A stretch of DNA of 64,000 nt. Origin: the human T2T-CHM13v2.0 reference genome, Homo sapiens. The notes under the pieces are model-generated. The model did no database searches. It saw nothing but the letters and a program-made list of their open reading frames with translations, and was not told the origin of the DNA. Made by a program: the position numbers and the translations under genes. The stretch lies in assembly GCF_009914755.1 (NCBI RefSeq), contig NC_060926.1; one strand, written 5' to 3'. Positions 28,401 through 43,300 of the stretch are shown here, piece by piece; position 1 is the stretch's first letter, and every line of letters starts with the position of its first letter.

Positions 28401-28982
28401 CCCACAAACAGTGGCCACTGTCTAACTAGGGGAGCCTCAAATGCCAGCAGGCCTGTCTAGAAAGAGGGTGAAAGGGAGGTAGATAAAGTTTCATGAGAAG
28501 ACGGGGGCAGGAAGAAGTCTGTTCACCAGAAGCCTCTGCACTGACTTGTCAGAGGGGGCCCACCTGAGGCTGGGCTCCAAAGGAAAAGGGCCTCCTCAGC
28601 CCAAGAGGCCTTGCCAGGCCCTGGCCACAGGCCCACGGGTCTCACTTCTGGGTAGTGCAAAGCAGAGAGGGACAGACAAGACCTCCTGCCTCCTGAGGCA
28701 GCCTTGGGGCAGAGCCAGACCAGGTGGAGGCTCCACGTCCAGGGGCCTAGGTCAGAGGGAAGCGTCAGACACGTGTAGAAACCACAAGGTCAGAAATAAC
28801 ACTGAACTTCCTTTGAAAGGACAAAAGCTAAACTGTATCTTCCTTCCCCCAAGAGAAAGGTTTTGACCCTAGAAGGGCAATTCATAGCCCATCTACAGTA
28901 ACAAGTCACATTCCGCCAAGGCTCACCTGCAATGAACAGTCACAGTCCACCATGGCCCATCTACAATAAACAGTCATTGACT

Positions 28983-29275
28983 TGACTGGTGCAGTGGCTC
29001 ACGCCTGTAATCCCAGCACTTTGGGAGGATCACTTGAGCTCAGGAGTTCCAGACCAGCCTGGCCAACATGGTGAAACCCCCATCTCTACTAAAAATACAA
29101 AAATTAGCCAGGCATGGTGGTGCGGGCCTATAGTCCCAGCTACTTGGGAGGCTGAGGCAGGAGAATCCCCTGAATCCGGGAGGCAAGAGGTTGCAGTGAG
29201 CTGAGATTGTGCCACTGCACTCCAGCCTGCGTGACACAGCAAGACTCCGTCTCAATCAATCAATCAATAAAAACA
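28983..29275 (+). mobile_element. Alu in SDC1 intron 1 (antisense to the gene)
   Basis: Dimer with a small left-arm deletion; tail mutated to (AATC)n; TSD-like aaacagtcat flanks. Confidence 0.95.
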
Positions 29276-31609
29276 AACAGTCATGGTCCATGCTCCCCCC
29301 GCCTCCACACAAGGCCACATCCGATCTACAACATCTCCATGTGGTGCTTCAAACACCTGTGCTGCCTTCCCAGAGCTCTGAAGCTGCCCTGGCCTCCCTC
29401 AACCTGTCTCCTTCATCATCAAAGAATACTGCCCACCGGGGGATCACAGAGTGGGCACCCCCACCCATACTCACTGGGATCATGGCTTCACTCTCATCCA
29501 AGGACTCTGCCCTGCCCTCTCCTGCTGCACCGCCTCCCCCAAGAGAAAGCTCAAGATGGGGCAGGGATGGGGCAAGGCACTGGCACTTCGACCCCACGAG
29601 CCTCTGCTGCATTGTAGAGTGCCGAATCTTTCAGCAGAAGCTAGAACCATTGGATCCATGCTCCATTCAACAATGAGGCAACCGAAGCCCACAGGGAAGA
29701 CACACACACTGGGGCCCATGTACAACCTGGGAGACACCGCCCAGTGAGACCCAGGAACGCCAGGGAGGCCCCAACACGTTAGCAGTTTCCCAAGAGCAGG
29801 GCTTTCCTCCTGACTAGATAAGCATTTCAGTCTGCCCTGTCCCTAAAAACAATTTGTTCCCTCAGTTCGGCTGGCTTATCCCTCTGCAATCTTGTTTACA
29901 CAACAAGCTCTTAAGCAAATGTTTTCTCCACTGAAACCAGCTCCCTGGCCTCCGGGGGCCTCTCCCCTCCCTGGGCCTTCAGTCTCCACTAAGGGGACAG
30001 GCTAGAGAGACCTCCCAAATCTTCTCCAGCTTGAATCTTCTGGGACAGCCCCTCAGATGAGAAGGTGAGATTTCAGCCCCCTGAGGAGGAAATTAGCAGA
30101 AACTGCTGAGTTTGAACTTGGATTACCAAGGTGCCAGCTGACTCCCGGAGTTTCTGGTGAGACTTTCGATTTCCTTTAGCAGGCCTGCTGTGCTGACAGC
30201 CGGCAGCAAACTCCCTCTAGGCCTCCTGGGTAGCTCTCCCCAGCATCATCTCCAACCTGGGTGCTTCCGAGGCTGCCTGGCCACGGCTCAAGGCTGCTCA
30301 GGAACAGGTGGCCTCAGCTTGGAGACTACCTAATGCCCTGCCCAGGAAGGCAACAGGCTAACCAGCCTTTAACCTCTGTAAGTCCCAGGAAAACCAACTG
30401 TTCATAGAACGAATCAACAACTTTGTGCTAGGTAAGATCTAGGCTTCCACTCATTCTGTTGTTCAAAGCAAGGGATGCCTTGCCCCTTCCCCACCCACAG
30501 CGCAGACCCTAGAAGCTCACTGATTAGAAAGCCCAAGGTTTGGCTCGCCTAGGGGCTGGGGGATCAAGAGGCAACTGCCTGGAGTCTGGGGACAGGGAGT
30601 AAGGGAGTAAGGGTCAGGTCAGCCCATCTCCATCTCAGCCATGCTGGTCTCCTGGCCATACCCTGGGGACCCTGGAGAGAATCCTGGGGTCAGGGCTCTG
30701 ACCCAGCAAGAAAGAGAGTGTGAAGGAGTGCGGCCTTCTCTAAGGCTGGAAACACTTTCCACCCATTCCTCTTTCTTCCCTACAACTCCCCTGCAGATGA
30801 GGCAGCGGGGCTGAGATCACTGTCTCTAGCAGATAAGGACTAGAGACTCTGAAAGGTGAGGGACTTGCCCAAGGCCGCCCAGACACTACAACTCCCCGTG
30901 CAGCAGCACTGCTCTCCTCACCTGCCATCCCCTTCTCTCTCCCCAGCCCTACCAGTTGACCCAATCAGTTTTAAGGAAAACCTGTCTAAGGCTCCTCAGT
31001 GGGATGGAGTTTCACTGAGCTGGAGTCGCTGAGCCTGCCCCAGTGGTGACGCTACCCAGGGACCAGCCCACATTTGAGAGGTGGAGAGGAAATGGCGTAG
31101 ACCAGAACAGGACCTGTGCCACCAGGGATGGGGAGTCATCATCACCGGCTGCCAGCCATTACAAAGAGCACATCTGAAGTCTGTGGGCAGAGAGCTGGCA
31201 GAGAAGCTTCCAGAAGGCAGCCTCAAGCCAACTGCCAGCTTTCGCTCCCGTAACAGAGGTAAAGAGGGCCTCTCTCCTTGGCAACCTCCGTCTCAGCAGA
31301 GCCCCTTGTCCTGGCCAGCCCTGGGGCTAAGGGGCAGCTGCGCTGCAGCTCCTCTGCAAGACAGCTCAGAAGTGCCTTGGCTGCCTCAGAAGCCAGGATG
31401 TCCAGTGGGCATCTCAGACAGGTTCGACGGGGGGCAGCGGGCCCAGTCGCTAACCCGAGAGGTTGCCCATCTACCCCCCGCCATCAGCCTGAGGCCACCA
31501 GGTCAGAAGGCCTTTGGTTTCCAGCCCGCACCCTGAATCACTGACATTGGTCACCTGCTGCTTGAAGTGAGTGATGGGTAAAACACAAACCCCTTAAAAA
31601 GCATTACTA

Positions 31610-31965
<356 letters not shown>

Positions 31966-34900
31966 TCAGAGGCTGAAGTACAGAGGGCTTCCCTAAGAGG
32001 ACTACTAAGGCCAGGCCTTGAAGCCCCCAAACCAACTCAGGAGAGGATAAGACAACGCTCACCCCAGGCACTAACTTGGGCAGCGCAGGGGGCCTCTGAT
32101 TCGCAGTCATTCGTGGTGGAGCAGGAAAGGGAAGCTGATCTGTCAGCTGTACCTGCCCCGTGTGGCCACGAAATCCCCGGCTTCTGTGGGAGCCCAGTCA
32201 CTGAATCAACAAACCCCAACAAACCAGGGATAAAGAGCTGCCCCTTATCAAAGGAGCTAGGTCACCGCCTTTGACAAGCAACCTGGACCAGGGGCCATGG
32301 CACTGGCTCTGGGGCCAGTGGACAGGAGAGACCCAGACCTGTTCCAGAAGCCCAGGCTGCGAGGTCATGAGGCAGGAGGGCCCATGGTCATGGCAGGCTG
32401 GACACCCATCCTCCCCATCCCGAGATTCCACACAATGGCAAATGTCCTCAGGAGGCTTGAAACAGGGTCACAGTTGTTTAGAAATCTTCTTTACCCCCTT
32501 GGTTTCTCAGTCAGATCTACACATACAAGGAAAACAGGCTGACTCTCCCCTCCCCTAGACTTCAGGACTCTTGGGGGCTGATATCTCTGAGCTGCAGAGC
32601 CCCAGCCTTTACCCCCACCTCTGCATCAAGACACCATACTGGCTGAGGGTGATAACCAAACCATCACCTGCATCCAGACTGGGGGCTCTCAGCTTCAGGG
32701 TCCCCAAGAATCACCAGGAGACCACTACAAATGAAGTCTTTCGAGTTCCCCGCCCAGAGGCTGACTCTGTCATTCACAAGCCCCAGGTCCTGTAGGGGGT
32801 CTTCAGACTGCACTTTGAAAACAATGAGGGGAGGAAAAGGCATCCCCCAGAGTGGCCCAGCCTGGAGGAGGCAAGAGCTCGTTTCACTTGAGTCCAGTGT
32901 TCAAAGTCAAGGCACTGAGTAGCAACAGAGCCCTGTGAACAAGCTCTAGTGGCCAAAGGACCAGGGAAAGCTCAGCAATGTCCTCTACATTTCCGACACG
33001 TCCACTCGCATAGATAGCACACCACGGTGGCAGCCCAGCCTCCCTCCCCCAGGAGCTGAAGGCCCACTGAACATCCAGAAGCACCTACATGACTGGGAAG
33101 TGTCTACCTGAAGCTGGGCTGAGGCTCCTTCGTGCCTGGGGCTGAGCCCACTGGCTTCCCACCAGCCGGCCCGGCTGGACCCAGCAGGGCTGAGCAGAAG
33201 ACAGCTGCTGGAGCTGACAGGCAGGTGGGCTCCGGGGACAAAGGCTGGGCCTGGAAGGCAGCACAGGCTGCAGGGCCTGGTCCTGCTTTTCCAGGGGTAC
33301 CAGTGGGAGGGCACGGGAGAAAAAGCTGCAACACCCTCTCCCAGTCCCACTGCCTTCCGAACGCCTCAGTGCCCTGCAGTGTGGATCTGTGGCTGCCTTC
33401 CCTCTGTGGGGAGCCCTGTGACCCTTTCCTTCAGCCTGGACTGAAAACGGCCTAAGCACTGAGCAGGCAGGTCATATCCGAGCACCCAGGAGCAAGGGTC
33501 TCTGGGAAAGGGCTGGAATCCGCCATGCGGCTCCCGTGCTGGGGACCTGGGCAGCTTTCAGCCTCTCTCTAGACCTGTTCTCCACCTAGACGCCAGAAGG
33601 GGCTTGGTGGATAACGCTAAAGTGCTTTACGGCTGACAGGCTGGCCCCGCCGGCTTTAGCACCTGGTGCTGCTCTGGGAACTAGACAGGGGTTCTGTCCC
33701 CCAAGACTCTCCAAATGCCCCCTCCTCAGGGACCCACAGCACTGATCACCAGAGGGTGGCCCAGGGAAAATGACCAGGTCCAACATGGGGATAGTCTGGT
33801 GACAGTCTGGCCTCTGTCCCTAAATTACGGGGTGGTGCCAGAAACACCTTGCCTCAGGTTGTCCATCTGTACAACGGAGGTTTGGCCAAAATGGTGGGAC
33901 TCGTGGGAGTAGGCAGCAGGGCAGGGCCACAGGCCAGGAGACACTGGGCTCCCCCAGCCTCGGGGTTGTGGAGGAAGTGCTAGATACATCACTCCTCTCC
34001 TAAGGCTGGTTTCCAAACTCAGGAGCCGGGAAAACACAGCCCGCCAGGGAGGCAGGCTGAGGCTGCAGATGGGGTCTGGGCCTCCAGACCCGAAATCCCC
34101 CACTGAAGCCATTCCCAGGAGGAGGGGCCTCACTGGGGCCTCAAGGCAGCATCAGCATTTCCGGTGACAGGCACAGCAATTTATCAGCTCACTGGCTCTC
34201 TACTGAGAACAAGGCAAGCCGGGGCCTGCCGAGGGTATGACAGGCAGGGAGTGATGGGCCCGGCCCAGGGCAGGAGGGAGACAGAAATGGGCAGGAAGAG
34301 GAGGCTGTCCCCAACAGCACTTCTGAGAGGAGGAGCACCTTTCGGGGACACTCTGGACGGCACCCCCAAGCACAGCCCCACCCTGCCACTTGGAGACGGA
34401 CCCCTCACTGTCCTGGGGGCTTCCAGGGCAGGGCCAGGGTGGAGGGACGGCATTCACATTTGGCCTTCAAGACCACTTTCGGGTAATATTTTCCATTTAG
34501 TGTGAGGTCAGGGCTTTACAGACGGGAAGCCTGAGGTCAAGGTCGCAGAGCCGAGCCTCCCAGCCCTGGGCTTTTTGCCCTGCACCGCACTGCCTGCTCA
34601 CAGTACACCGGGGGCGTTTATTGAAGGAGGAGGGATCCTGGCAGCCTCATGCCAGCTCCGATGCCCAAGCCAAGCCAGTGCTGCCCCCAGCACCCCCATA
34701 CCTACCCTTCCACAGAGCTGGCGCCTGCCTCAGCAGCCCACATGCCAGGACTGGTCTCAGAACAGGCTCAGCTGAGGGCTGGGCGTGGAGCCGTGGAGCT
34801 GGAAGACCAGTTCCTCTGCTTTCCCCCCCTGGCAAAACCCGGGCCAGGCCAGGCAGGGCAAGGTTTCATCCAGGCAGGCGATGAGCAAAGCAACCCAACC

Positions 34901-36379
34901 CAGGCCCTGCAGCCTCAGTGCCTAGTTCTGCTCCGAGAGCCAAACAAGGGATCTGTCTCCCAAGACTCGCCAAACACCCCCCACTTAGGGACCCACAAGG
35001 ACACTCGATCACACTGACTTGGTATCATCACCCTCAGCTTCCCAAGGGGAGTCATGGCTTAGGCAGGATGCCAGAGATATCCTAAATCAAGGTGACCGTG
35101 GGGCAACTGGCACCCTTTGGGGACAGAGGGGGCAGCCAAGCCTCCAAAGCACTGTCCCTCCCCCAGCCCTGTCTGCCCTAAAGAGCCCACCAAGGTCAGA
35201 ATCTCAGCCAAGATTTCCCCAGTCGGCCCTTACTGAGAAGCTCAGCCCTGTCAGTCCCCACCAGGTCCCCTGGAATGGGTAGCCACCGGACCTGGGGACC
35301 GGGGCACCTCTGCCAGATGGACTTCTAGGGACATCCTCCCCCTTGTACTTGCTAAATAAAGTGTCCTCAAGTTTCACAGAGGCAGAAACTGCACTTTTGA
35401 CACACCTGCAGCCGGCCAGGGCTCCAGCTGTGTGTGAAGGTGGGGGAGGGGAACAAGCTCCAACTTTATTACCAAAATCTCTCCTATCAGTGTCCCTGTC
35501 ATTGCACAATATCCCTTTGAAAACAAGTCCTCTGGGAGGGCTAAAGGGTACCAGCACTCACACTACAGCATAAATCACTTCCAGGTGGGGAGGGGCTAAC
35601 TCTGGAACTAGGCCACTGCGGGTAGGTGGGAGCTCTGGGAGAGGGAACAGGATTACAACAGAGAGGCTGGAAGATGTCAAGGGCAAAGTTTTTAACCTTT
35701 GTCAAAATGTGGATGCCAACAATGCCATACCCAGGAAAGGAGGAAGAAATTCTCTTTGCTCTTCCTGGAGTCACAGATGTACACGGTTTCTCCTCCCACG
35801 TACAGAACAATGGGCTAGCCTGGGAACCTGCCTCTCAGATAAAGAACAATTCAGATTGAGTAAGCACTGAGGCTGCTGAGAAGCCCAGAGACACGGGAAG
35901 GCAGAGTGTCCCTGAAGGAGTCCCAGGGGAGGGTGGGGCTGGTCCCTTCTGGTTTGGGGGATGGGAGACAGAATTTTCTGTGACGGCTCTCTCTGAAGAG
36001 GGAGAAGCCACCTGGGAAGCCAGGTGGATCCTCCAGATTACTGGCGGGGCCCCAGGTCAAGTGGCTTGCCCTCCCTCTGATGGGCTGGCAGATCTGCACA
36101 GCCTCCAACCCCCAGCACAGAGCTCCTAGCCCTCTCAGCCTCTGCACACGGTGGGTGTTGAGATGGCTGAAAGGGAGACTGTGGACACAGCTCCAGTCTG
36201 AAAAGCTCAGCATGACCCTAGGAAAGGGAAGTAGCCACATGCCTTGCCCAGAGCTCAGGGACTACCAGGGGAGTTGGTGGGCAGGGGGTGTGGTGGAAGA
36301 AGAGTCTAAGCCTCTGATCTGGACTGGAGATTACTTGAAGAATAGAAACAACTGAATTAGGCTCTAGGGAGAAAAAGTG

Positions 36380-36580
36380 ATCATAGCTAATGTTTATTGA
36401 GTCCTCTGGGCCAGAGGAGCTGGCAATCAGTTTTTTCCAAGCACTTTCTCTGAATTAATTAGTTTGATCTTCACAGTCACCTTAGGTTCTAGTACCATGC
36501 ACATTTTACAGATGAGAAAATTGAGGCAAAGGAGCTATGTCATCTGTCCCAAGGCACACAGCCACTGAAGCCAGCAGTCT
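36380..36580 (-). mobile_element. MIR in intron 1
   Basis: cattttacagatgagaaaattgaggc core. Confidence 0.7.
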
Positions 36581-39500
36581 TGCTCTGGCAGTCATGCCAT
36601 GAACCACCCATCACAGTGAAGCCCACAGGGCTCTCTCACTCTCAGGAAGACAACAGCCATCATTTCCACTGGTGGCACCCTGCAGTCTGGCCCAGCTTTG
36701 TCGGCATCCATAGAAAACCCAGCTCCTTCTCCAGGACAGCCATCAGTCTGAAGTTCTGGGGACAGGCCACCGTGCCCCATTGCTAGGGGTCCTGCCCAGC
36801 AGGCCTGAGCCCCTGCCAGGGTGCCCCAATGTCTGGCTTTGCCTGGCCTCCTCTCCCATCTGCCAGCCCAGCCCATACCTTCTCAGGTCAGGAGGCAACC
36901 CAGCCCGTACCTTCTCAGGTCAGGAGGCAGCCCCTGGCAGAGGCTTGGGTGGAAGAGAGCAAAGTCTAGCCTGCTAGTGAAGGCTCATGTTTCTGAGAAG
37001 GGCAAAAGCCATGTTTGCAGGCCCTGTTAACGTCAGCAGCACTGGGGTCAGACCAGCAGGCCATTCACACAGAGTGACTCCACGCTCAGGCTGGGTCAGA
37101 CTGCACCCCTTCCCACAGGTCAGCCTCAGTGCTCCCCTAGACTTGCTTCTCTGTGCTCTAGGCAAGGAAGGGGCCCCAATCATATCACATATGGTATTTC
37201 ATGGAACCTCTGCAAAAGCCCTCTGGGGCAGGATATGAGAAACTCCATTTTACAGATGAGGAAACTGAGGCTGGGGTAGGTGAAGAATCGTGCTCACGAT
37301 GACACAGGGAGGAAGCAATGAAGTCCGGATGTGATCCAGGTGGGCTAGACTCCATGTCCTGTGCTCCTCCTGGCCTCCACAACACCTCTCCACTCCAGCC
37401 CGAGCCGGGACTAACCACGCCAGCTAGTTCTCGGTCCCACTCAGCTGTGAAGCCCCAAGGTCTCAGGACTCAATAAAGGCAGGAAGGCCCAGGCCTTCAG
37501 GCTCAGGTGACTGCCTTACACAGGGAAGACAGGTGGGCCAGAGTGCCCACTGCATGCCCAGCCTCCAGACAAGATCTCTAAGAATGAACCTCATTCACGG
37601 GAGGTGGGGAGGGAGGCAGGGGGCTCTATGCCCTTTCTACAATTCCCTGAGCCCAAGACAACCAGTCACTGCTGCAGATTCACCCGAGGAGACTCAGGGG
37701 TGAGCTTCCTGGACTTTCCAGGCCTGACCCCAGGGAAACTCCTCCTGTGCTCTTCCCCCAGGCCCCAAGTCCCTTTCAGGGAGGAAGGTGGGGGGCAGGG
37801 CCTGAAGATCTCATGCAGCCCAAGCACGGCCCACGATCCCAGCCTGGCCCTCAGCCCCGCAGGCCCTGGCCAGCCTTGAGGTCTTGCCGCCCGGACCCTC
37901 CCCGATACCCCATCCTGGAAGAGATATGGTCACCATCACAGCAGCACTGCACCCTGCGGTTTTCTCTGGGAGAAGCTGGAATGACACCAGCCTCTAGGAA
38001 GGTCTCAGAGGCTCCTGAAACGCCCCACAACCTCGGGCCCTGCAAGCCCAAACCTGACCATCATATTCGCCTGGAACACTACAGATAAGATGGGCCTTCC
38101 AAGGCCTCGGACAGTTTCCTGGGCAGCAGGGATGACAGGAAGCTACTGGAGGTAGAGTCAATGCCACTCTGACACAATCAAGTCCCCAACCAGGTAAGGT
38201 CCCTGGAGCATCAGCGGCCACCACTGGTATTGGTAGCATGGGAACAGCAGGGCCAGGGCCCAAGTTCTAAAGGGCTTTCTGGGACCCAGTTCATGACAAA
38301 TGCCATAGTTGGCCACGAGCTCCTCGGCCCTCCAGAAGTTCCTCCAACCTCCCCACATCCCACCCTGGCAGACGTGCAATCCTCACCGTACGCATCCCAG
38401 GCCAGGCGCCAGAGTTCTGTCTCTCAGCCTGCTGAGTAGCACAGAAGATCCACAGAGAGAGCCAGGCAGCCCCACGTGGAAATGACTATGAACTCAAGCT
38501 CACGCCACCGTGGGGAAGAGTTCCCTGAACACCTTTGGAGATCCATGGTGCACACGAGTGGTCCTAGAGCAGGACTGGCAGCCTTTGCAGCTCCCTCAGG
38601 GAGACCCCCTGCCCTGACACTTCCCATGGCCAGAAGGCAGCCCCACAGGTTTGGAGCTCCATAAAATGTCCTGCCTTACAGCCCAGGCTCCTAGTTCGAT
38701 ACTGCTGTATCGTGGGACTCTGGGACAAAACCCTTCCTGTGGGGAGACGTGACAGGTGCTGAATCGCGAATCCCGTTCATTGTCACTGCAGAGACCACCT
38801 CTCTCGTCTGGTTCCAGTAACAGCCACCCTCTCTTACAGGAATCCCCTGGACCAGATATGGAACTCTCACCACTGCACAGGGCTACGCACACAGCAGGTG
38901 CCCAGGATCTGGGCTTTAGATCTGGTCAAGCCAGATAGGTCTCATGAAGCCCTCAGAACTTGAGGCAGCAGAGCACAGGCAGGCCCCCAGATACCCACCA
39001 GTCACACGACACAGCCACAAGAGGCCATGCACACCCAAAAGCATTGCCTCACCTCTGCCTCTCAGCCCCTTCCCCCTATGTCACAGATGGGTTCACTGAG
39101 ACCAAGAGAGGCCTCTGTACACAGTCACTCGAGAGAGAGGAGGCAGGGCCAAGACAGAAAGCCAGGCCCCTGAGCCCCGGCTGTGTCTTGCTGCACTCTC
39201 TGCCTCGTGCCGGCCCCCAGAGGGCTTGCAGTGGATCAAGGTTGGTTGGGTGAGTCTCAGGGGAGGACCCGTGGGCCTGGCACCATGACTCAGCTGATGA
39301 GTGGACTGATCAACATGCCCGCCTTCCCCACTGCCCCAACCTGCCCGCCACAGCCTTCATTCCTGCTGCTGAGCGGACCTCGGGCAGGTGCCAGGACTCT
39401 TGGGTGTGTGTGCGGAGAACATCATACAGCCCCAGCCCTGGCCCAACGTCACCCAGGCACCTCTGTCCACTCCAGCTCCCACAAGGAGCTCGAATCCACC

Positions 39501-40065
39501 CCTCAAGCAGCCTGCCCTGCCCTCCACTGGCCTTGCCCATCCCACCGATGACCCCTTGGGCAACCAACTCTCCTTCGAGTCCCAAGAAAGAATACTGGCA
39601 GAGAAATGTGAGCCCCCAACAAGTCCTTCAGTGCCACCTCTGCCCTTCCCAGGATAAGGTCTCTCTGTAACCATGTGGCTCTCAGAACTGAGGACAGGAA
39701 GAACGACCCTTTGGCAGAGGAGGAAACTGAGGCCCAGAGAGGCAATGGCCTGCCACAGCCAAACAGTCGGGGCTCAGCTGAACCAGGAAGGCCAGGTGAC
39801 CTGACTGCCCGTCTCTGTAGGAATAACTCCCACAGATTTCCAAGGCCAAGGCCATGATGGATGTCAGAGCCACAGTGAAAAAGAGAAAAGGCCACCAGCA
39901 GAGGTGGGAGGCAGAAAGGAAGCTGGTGTCTGAAAAGGAAGCTGCAGCCAGGTAGTGACCAGGCCCCCCAAAACTGAGACTGCAGCCTGACAGGGGAAGG
40001 CAAGTCAGGAGTGCCCAGGCAAGGCCCAAATGCAGTGGCAACCTGTGCAGTAAGCACCCCCCCAC

Positions 40066-40397
40066 CACACACACGGACACACACACACACAGACACACAC
40101 ACACAGAGACACACATATACACGGACACAGACACACACAGATACAAATATACACGGACGCAGACACACACAGACACATAAACACACAGACACACACACAC
40201 ACAGAGACACACGTACACACGGACACACACACGGACGCACACAAACACAAAGAGACAGACACATAGAGGGACACACACACGTACATGGATAAAGACACAC
40301 AGATGCATGGACACACACACAGACACATGGAGACACACAGATATACACACAGACATACACACGCAGACACACACACACACAGACACACACACACACA
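40066..40397 (+). repeat. Complex (CA)-rich micro/minisatellite, ~330 bp; UG-rich in the SDC1 pre-mRNA
   Basis: Seen directly: units such as acacacacagac, acacggac. Confidence 0.97.
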
Positions 40398-43300
40398 GCA
40401 TCTCATGGTGCTGCAACCCTCAGGTGAATCACTAGGCAGAGAGTTTTTCCCAGGGCTGACGGCCAGAGGAGGCCCATCCTCTACACAAAATTAGGCAGCC
40501 ACGAAGCCATAAAAGCCAGGAGGTCAGAGACCCTTGAGGGGCTCCCAGTGGGGAGAGGAACCAGTGGCAGCCTCGGGAAGCCCCGAGCGCAGCAGGAGAG
40601 GTCGCTGGGCAAGTGACTGAGTGCAGGAGCAGGTCCAGCCGCCGCCTGTTCTGCTCTCCTGACTCAATGGCCCCAAGACCCAAGATTTCCCACGGCACAC
40701 CCCCCTTGCCCCGTAAGCTTGCCCCCACCCTTACAGGCCCTGCCAAAAAGCAGGACACTTGCCAGGGGAGGCTCAGGCCACCCCTCCCCGAGATCCCCAC
40801 AGTACTGACCACAGGCAAGCTGACCCGGTGCACCTGTCTCAGGAATGCCAGGGACCTTCTCACACTGTCTCTCCACCTAAATGAAAGCTTCCTGAGGGTG
40901 GGCAAAAGCAGTAACATCACAGGTAAAGCTCACTCTTCCAGGGGAAGCGATGGCGTGGGCCCCATGACCACCTGCAGCTGGATAAGACAGTTGCTGAAGT
41001 AGCCCCAAGCCCAGGGTCTTGCCTCTGCGGCCTCACCTCTACAACCTGCACCCCAAACATACCTCCTTGTGGTGAGGGGCATACACACATCAGCCTTCCC
41101 CTGGAGCCTGTCAGGGCACGCATGTCCCATTCAGTGGAAGGTTCCAGAATACATGCTCCCATCCAAAACCCAACCTCTGCTGGAACAGCTGAGAGAGAAG
41201 TGACAGGGTACAGGATCCCAGCACCAAAGCCCTCTTTCCACAAACTCCCTGAATCTCTCAGGGCCTCAGGGGCCCTTTCAACCCAAGATTCCAAAACTGG
41301 TTGGTGAAAAGAAGGCAATCGGGCAACAGTTGAAGCCCGGCAATCGCCTAATGACCAGTTCCTCATGGGCTGTCCCCACCCCCAGCAGGACCTGGTGTTG
41401 GAGGGGACCAGGAGGTGACTGTGGCACCAGAGCCAGGAGTCCTGGGTTCTGGCCACCACCCGCGCCATGCTGCCCGCCTCCCAGGCTTACAAAAGAATCT
41501 GCTAATTCCAAGAATGTTTCCCCAGCGCCCAAGGTAAAAGATGGTGCAAGCTGGGCACCACCTGGGGTCTGGCCTGAGGGCGCCATCCAAACAGGCCCCT
41601 CCACACCCAGTCCACATGGTTCCCACCCTGCTCTCTCAGGTCCCAATTTACTTCCTGTGAGGAGCTCTCGCCTGTCCCTGAGGGGCCATCAGTTGAACCC
41701 AACCCAGTGCTGTTTGCCTGATGGCACTGTTCAGGCCAGCTCAGCCTGGCCCAGCCCCCTCAGCCCAAAACGCTCATATCCATGGTCTTCAGGACGGACC
41801 AGCAAATGCCCAGTAGAGCCTTGCAGGGTTCAGCCAGCCCCCAAATGCCAGGCTTCTCAGGGGAAACTTGACAGTCTTGCGATGTATTCACACCATACCC
41901 ATACACATGCGCACACGCACACACACTGCACACACACACACAAATCCTGTCTCAGCCAATGGAGGGGCCCGCCACCCTAGGCCTCAGCTTCCTCATCCAC
42001 AAAGTGGGGCAATGATATATATTGTAAAGGTTTTGGGTAAAGTTCAAATAAGAATGAAAGAAAAGTACTGAGCACTCAACAGTAGGCACTCAAAAAAAGG
42101 TAACCTTAATTATATCGACAGCTAACTTTCCTCAGGCGGTTTCATCACAAAGTACTTTCACATATCCATTATGAAATGAATACGCAAATGACAGAATGAG
42201 GACAGGGAGAACAGGTATCATGATGTCCGCTTTACAGATGAGGACAACAAGACTTGGAAGGAAAGTGACTCACCCCAGATTATGGAGTAAATTAGTGGCA
42301 GAGTTGAGACTCAGTCCTGGGGCTCTACTTAATCCAAAGCCATTTCTGGCCTGTCACACAGTATGGATGCACATTATATAGAAACAGGAACTAAAATCCA
42401 AATCAAACATGTGGTGAAGAGTTGGGGGCATGACCGAAGCTGAGAGTAACAGTCAAGGCTAAAGAATAATGGCCCTCAGCTGGTCAGTCCAGCTACCTGT
42501 GAGCAGCAAGTCACTTACAAGTCAAACCAGGTCGAGGAACTTGGAACATGGGGGTCAGCAAGCACTTCCCCCAAGAGATGACTCATTTTTCTCCACTGAG
42601 AGAGGCCCCTAAAGGCCTCACCTTGGCAGCACCTCTTTGTTACTCTAGGTGGGGTGCAGGGAGGTAGAGGGGAGACTGCAACAGGTCCCAGCTGAAGTTC
42701 ATGAAGGGTACAAAATCCACATATCACAGATCATCAGTCTCACTCACAGGCAAGGCCCTTACCCAGAGCCTAAAACTCTCAGCTTGGAAATAAGCCTAAC
42801 TCATCTGATTAGTTTCTTAGTGCCACTGGAGAAAAGTAACAAATTAGAACTGATCAGAAAAGCTGCTGGCTACACTCAAGCACATAAATGTCACTTCTGG
42901 CTGCTCTCTGGAAAAAGGAGAAAGACCAGAATTCAAAACAGAGCAACCTGGGGCACCAGGCAGAGGGGCAAAGTGCTCTTCAGAGCACAGTAAATCCAGG
43001 AGACAATGTCCTAACCCAGCACAATGATGAGGAGGACGACCCTGGCAGGCAGAGATTAAATCATGCCTAGCATTTTTTGGTTGATAAAGGAAGGGAAATA
43101 AATACTTCAGAGAGTCATGCCCAGAGTAAGAATACTCGAGGGTAATAGGGATTCTTAGCTTGATGAAAAAATATGAATACACAGGACACCTCATTCCCAA
43201 GGGATTTCAGGAATCCAAAATTCTGCTGCAACAGAAAAGATTCCTCTAAAAAACTGCAGAAGTCAAGCTTTTCATTAATTCTTTCCAGGCTCTCTCCTTT

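Noticed and set aside
39503-40416. 244-297 aa Cys/Val-rich and His/Thr-rich ORFs
   Set aside because: Translations of the (CA/TG) repeat.
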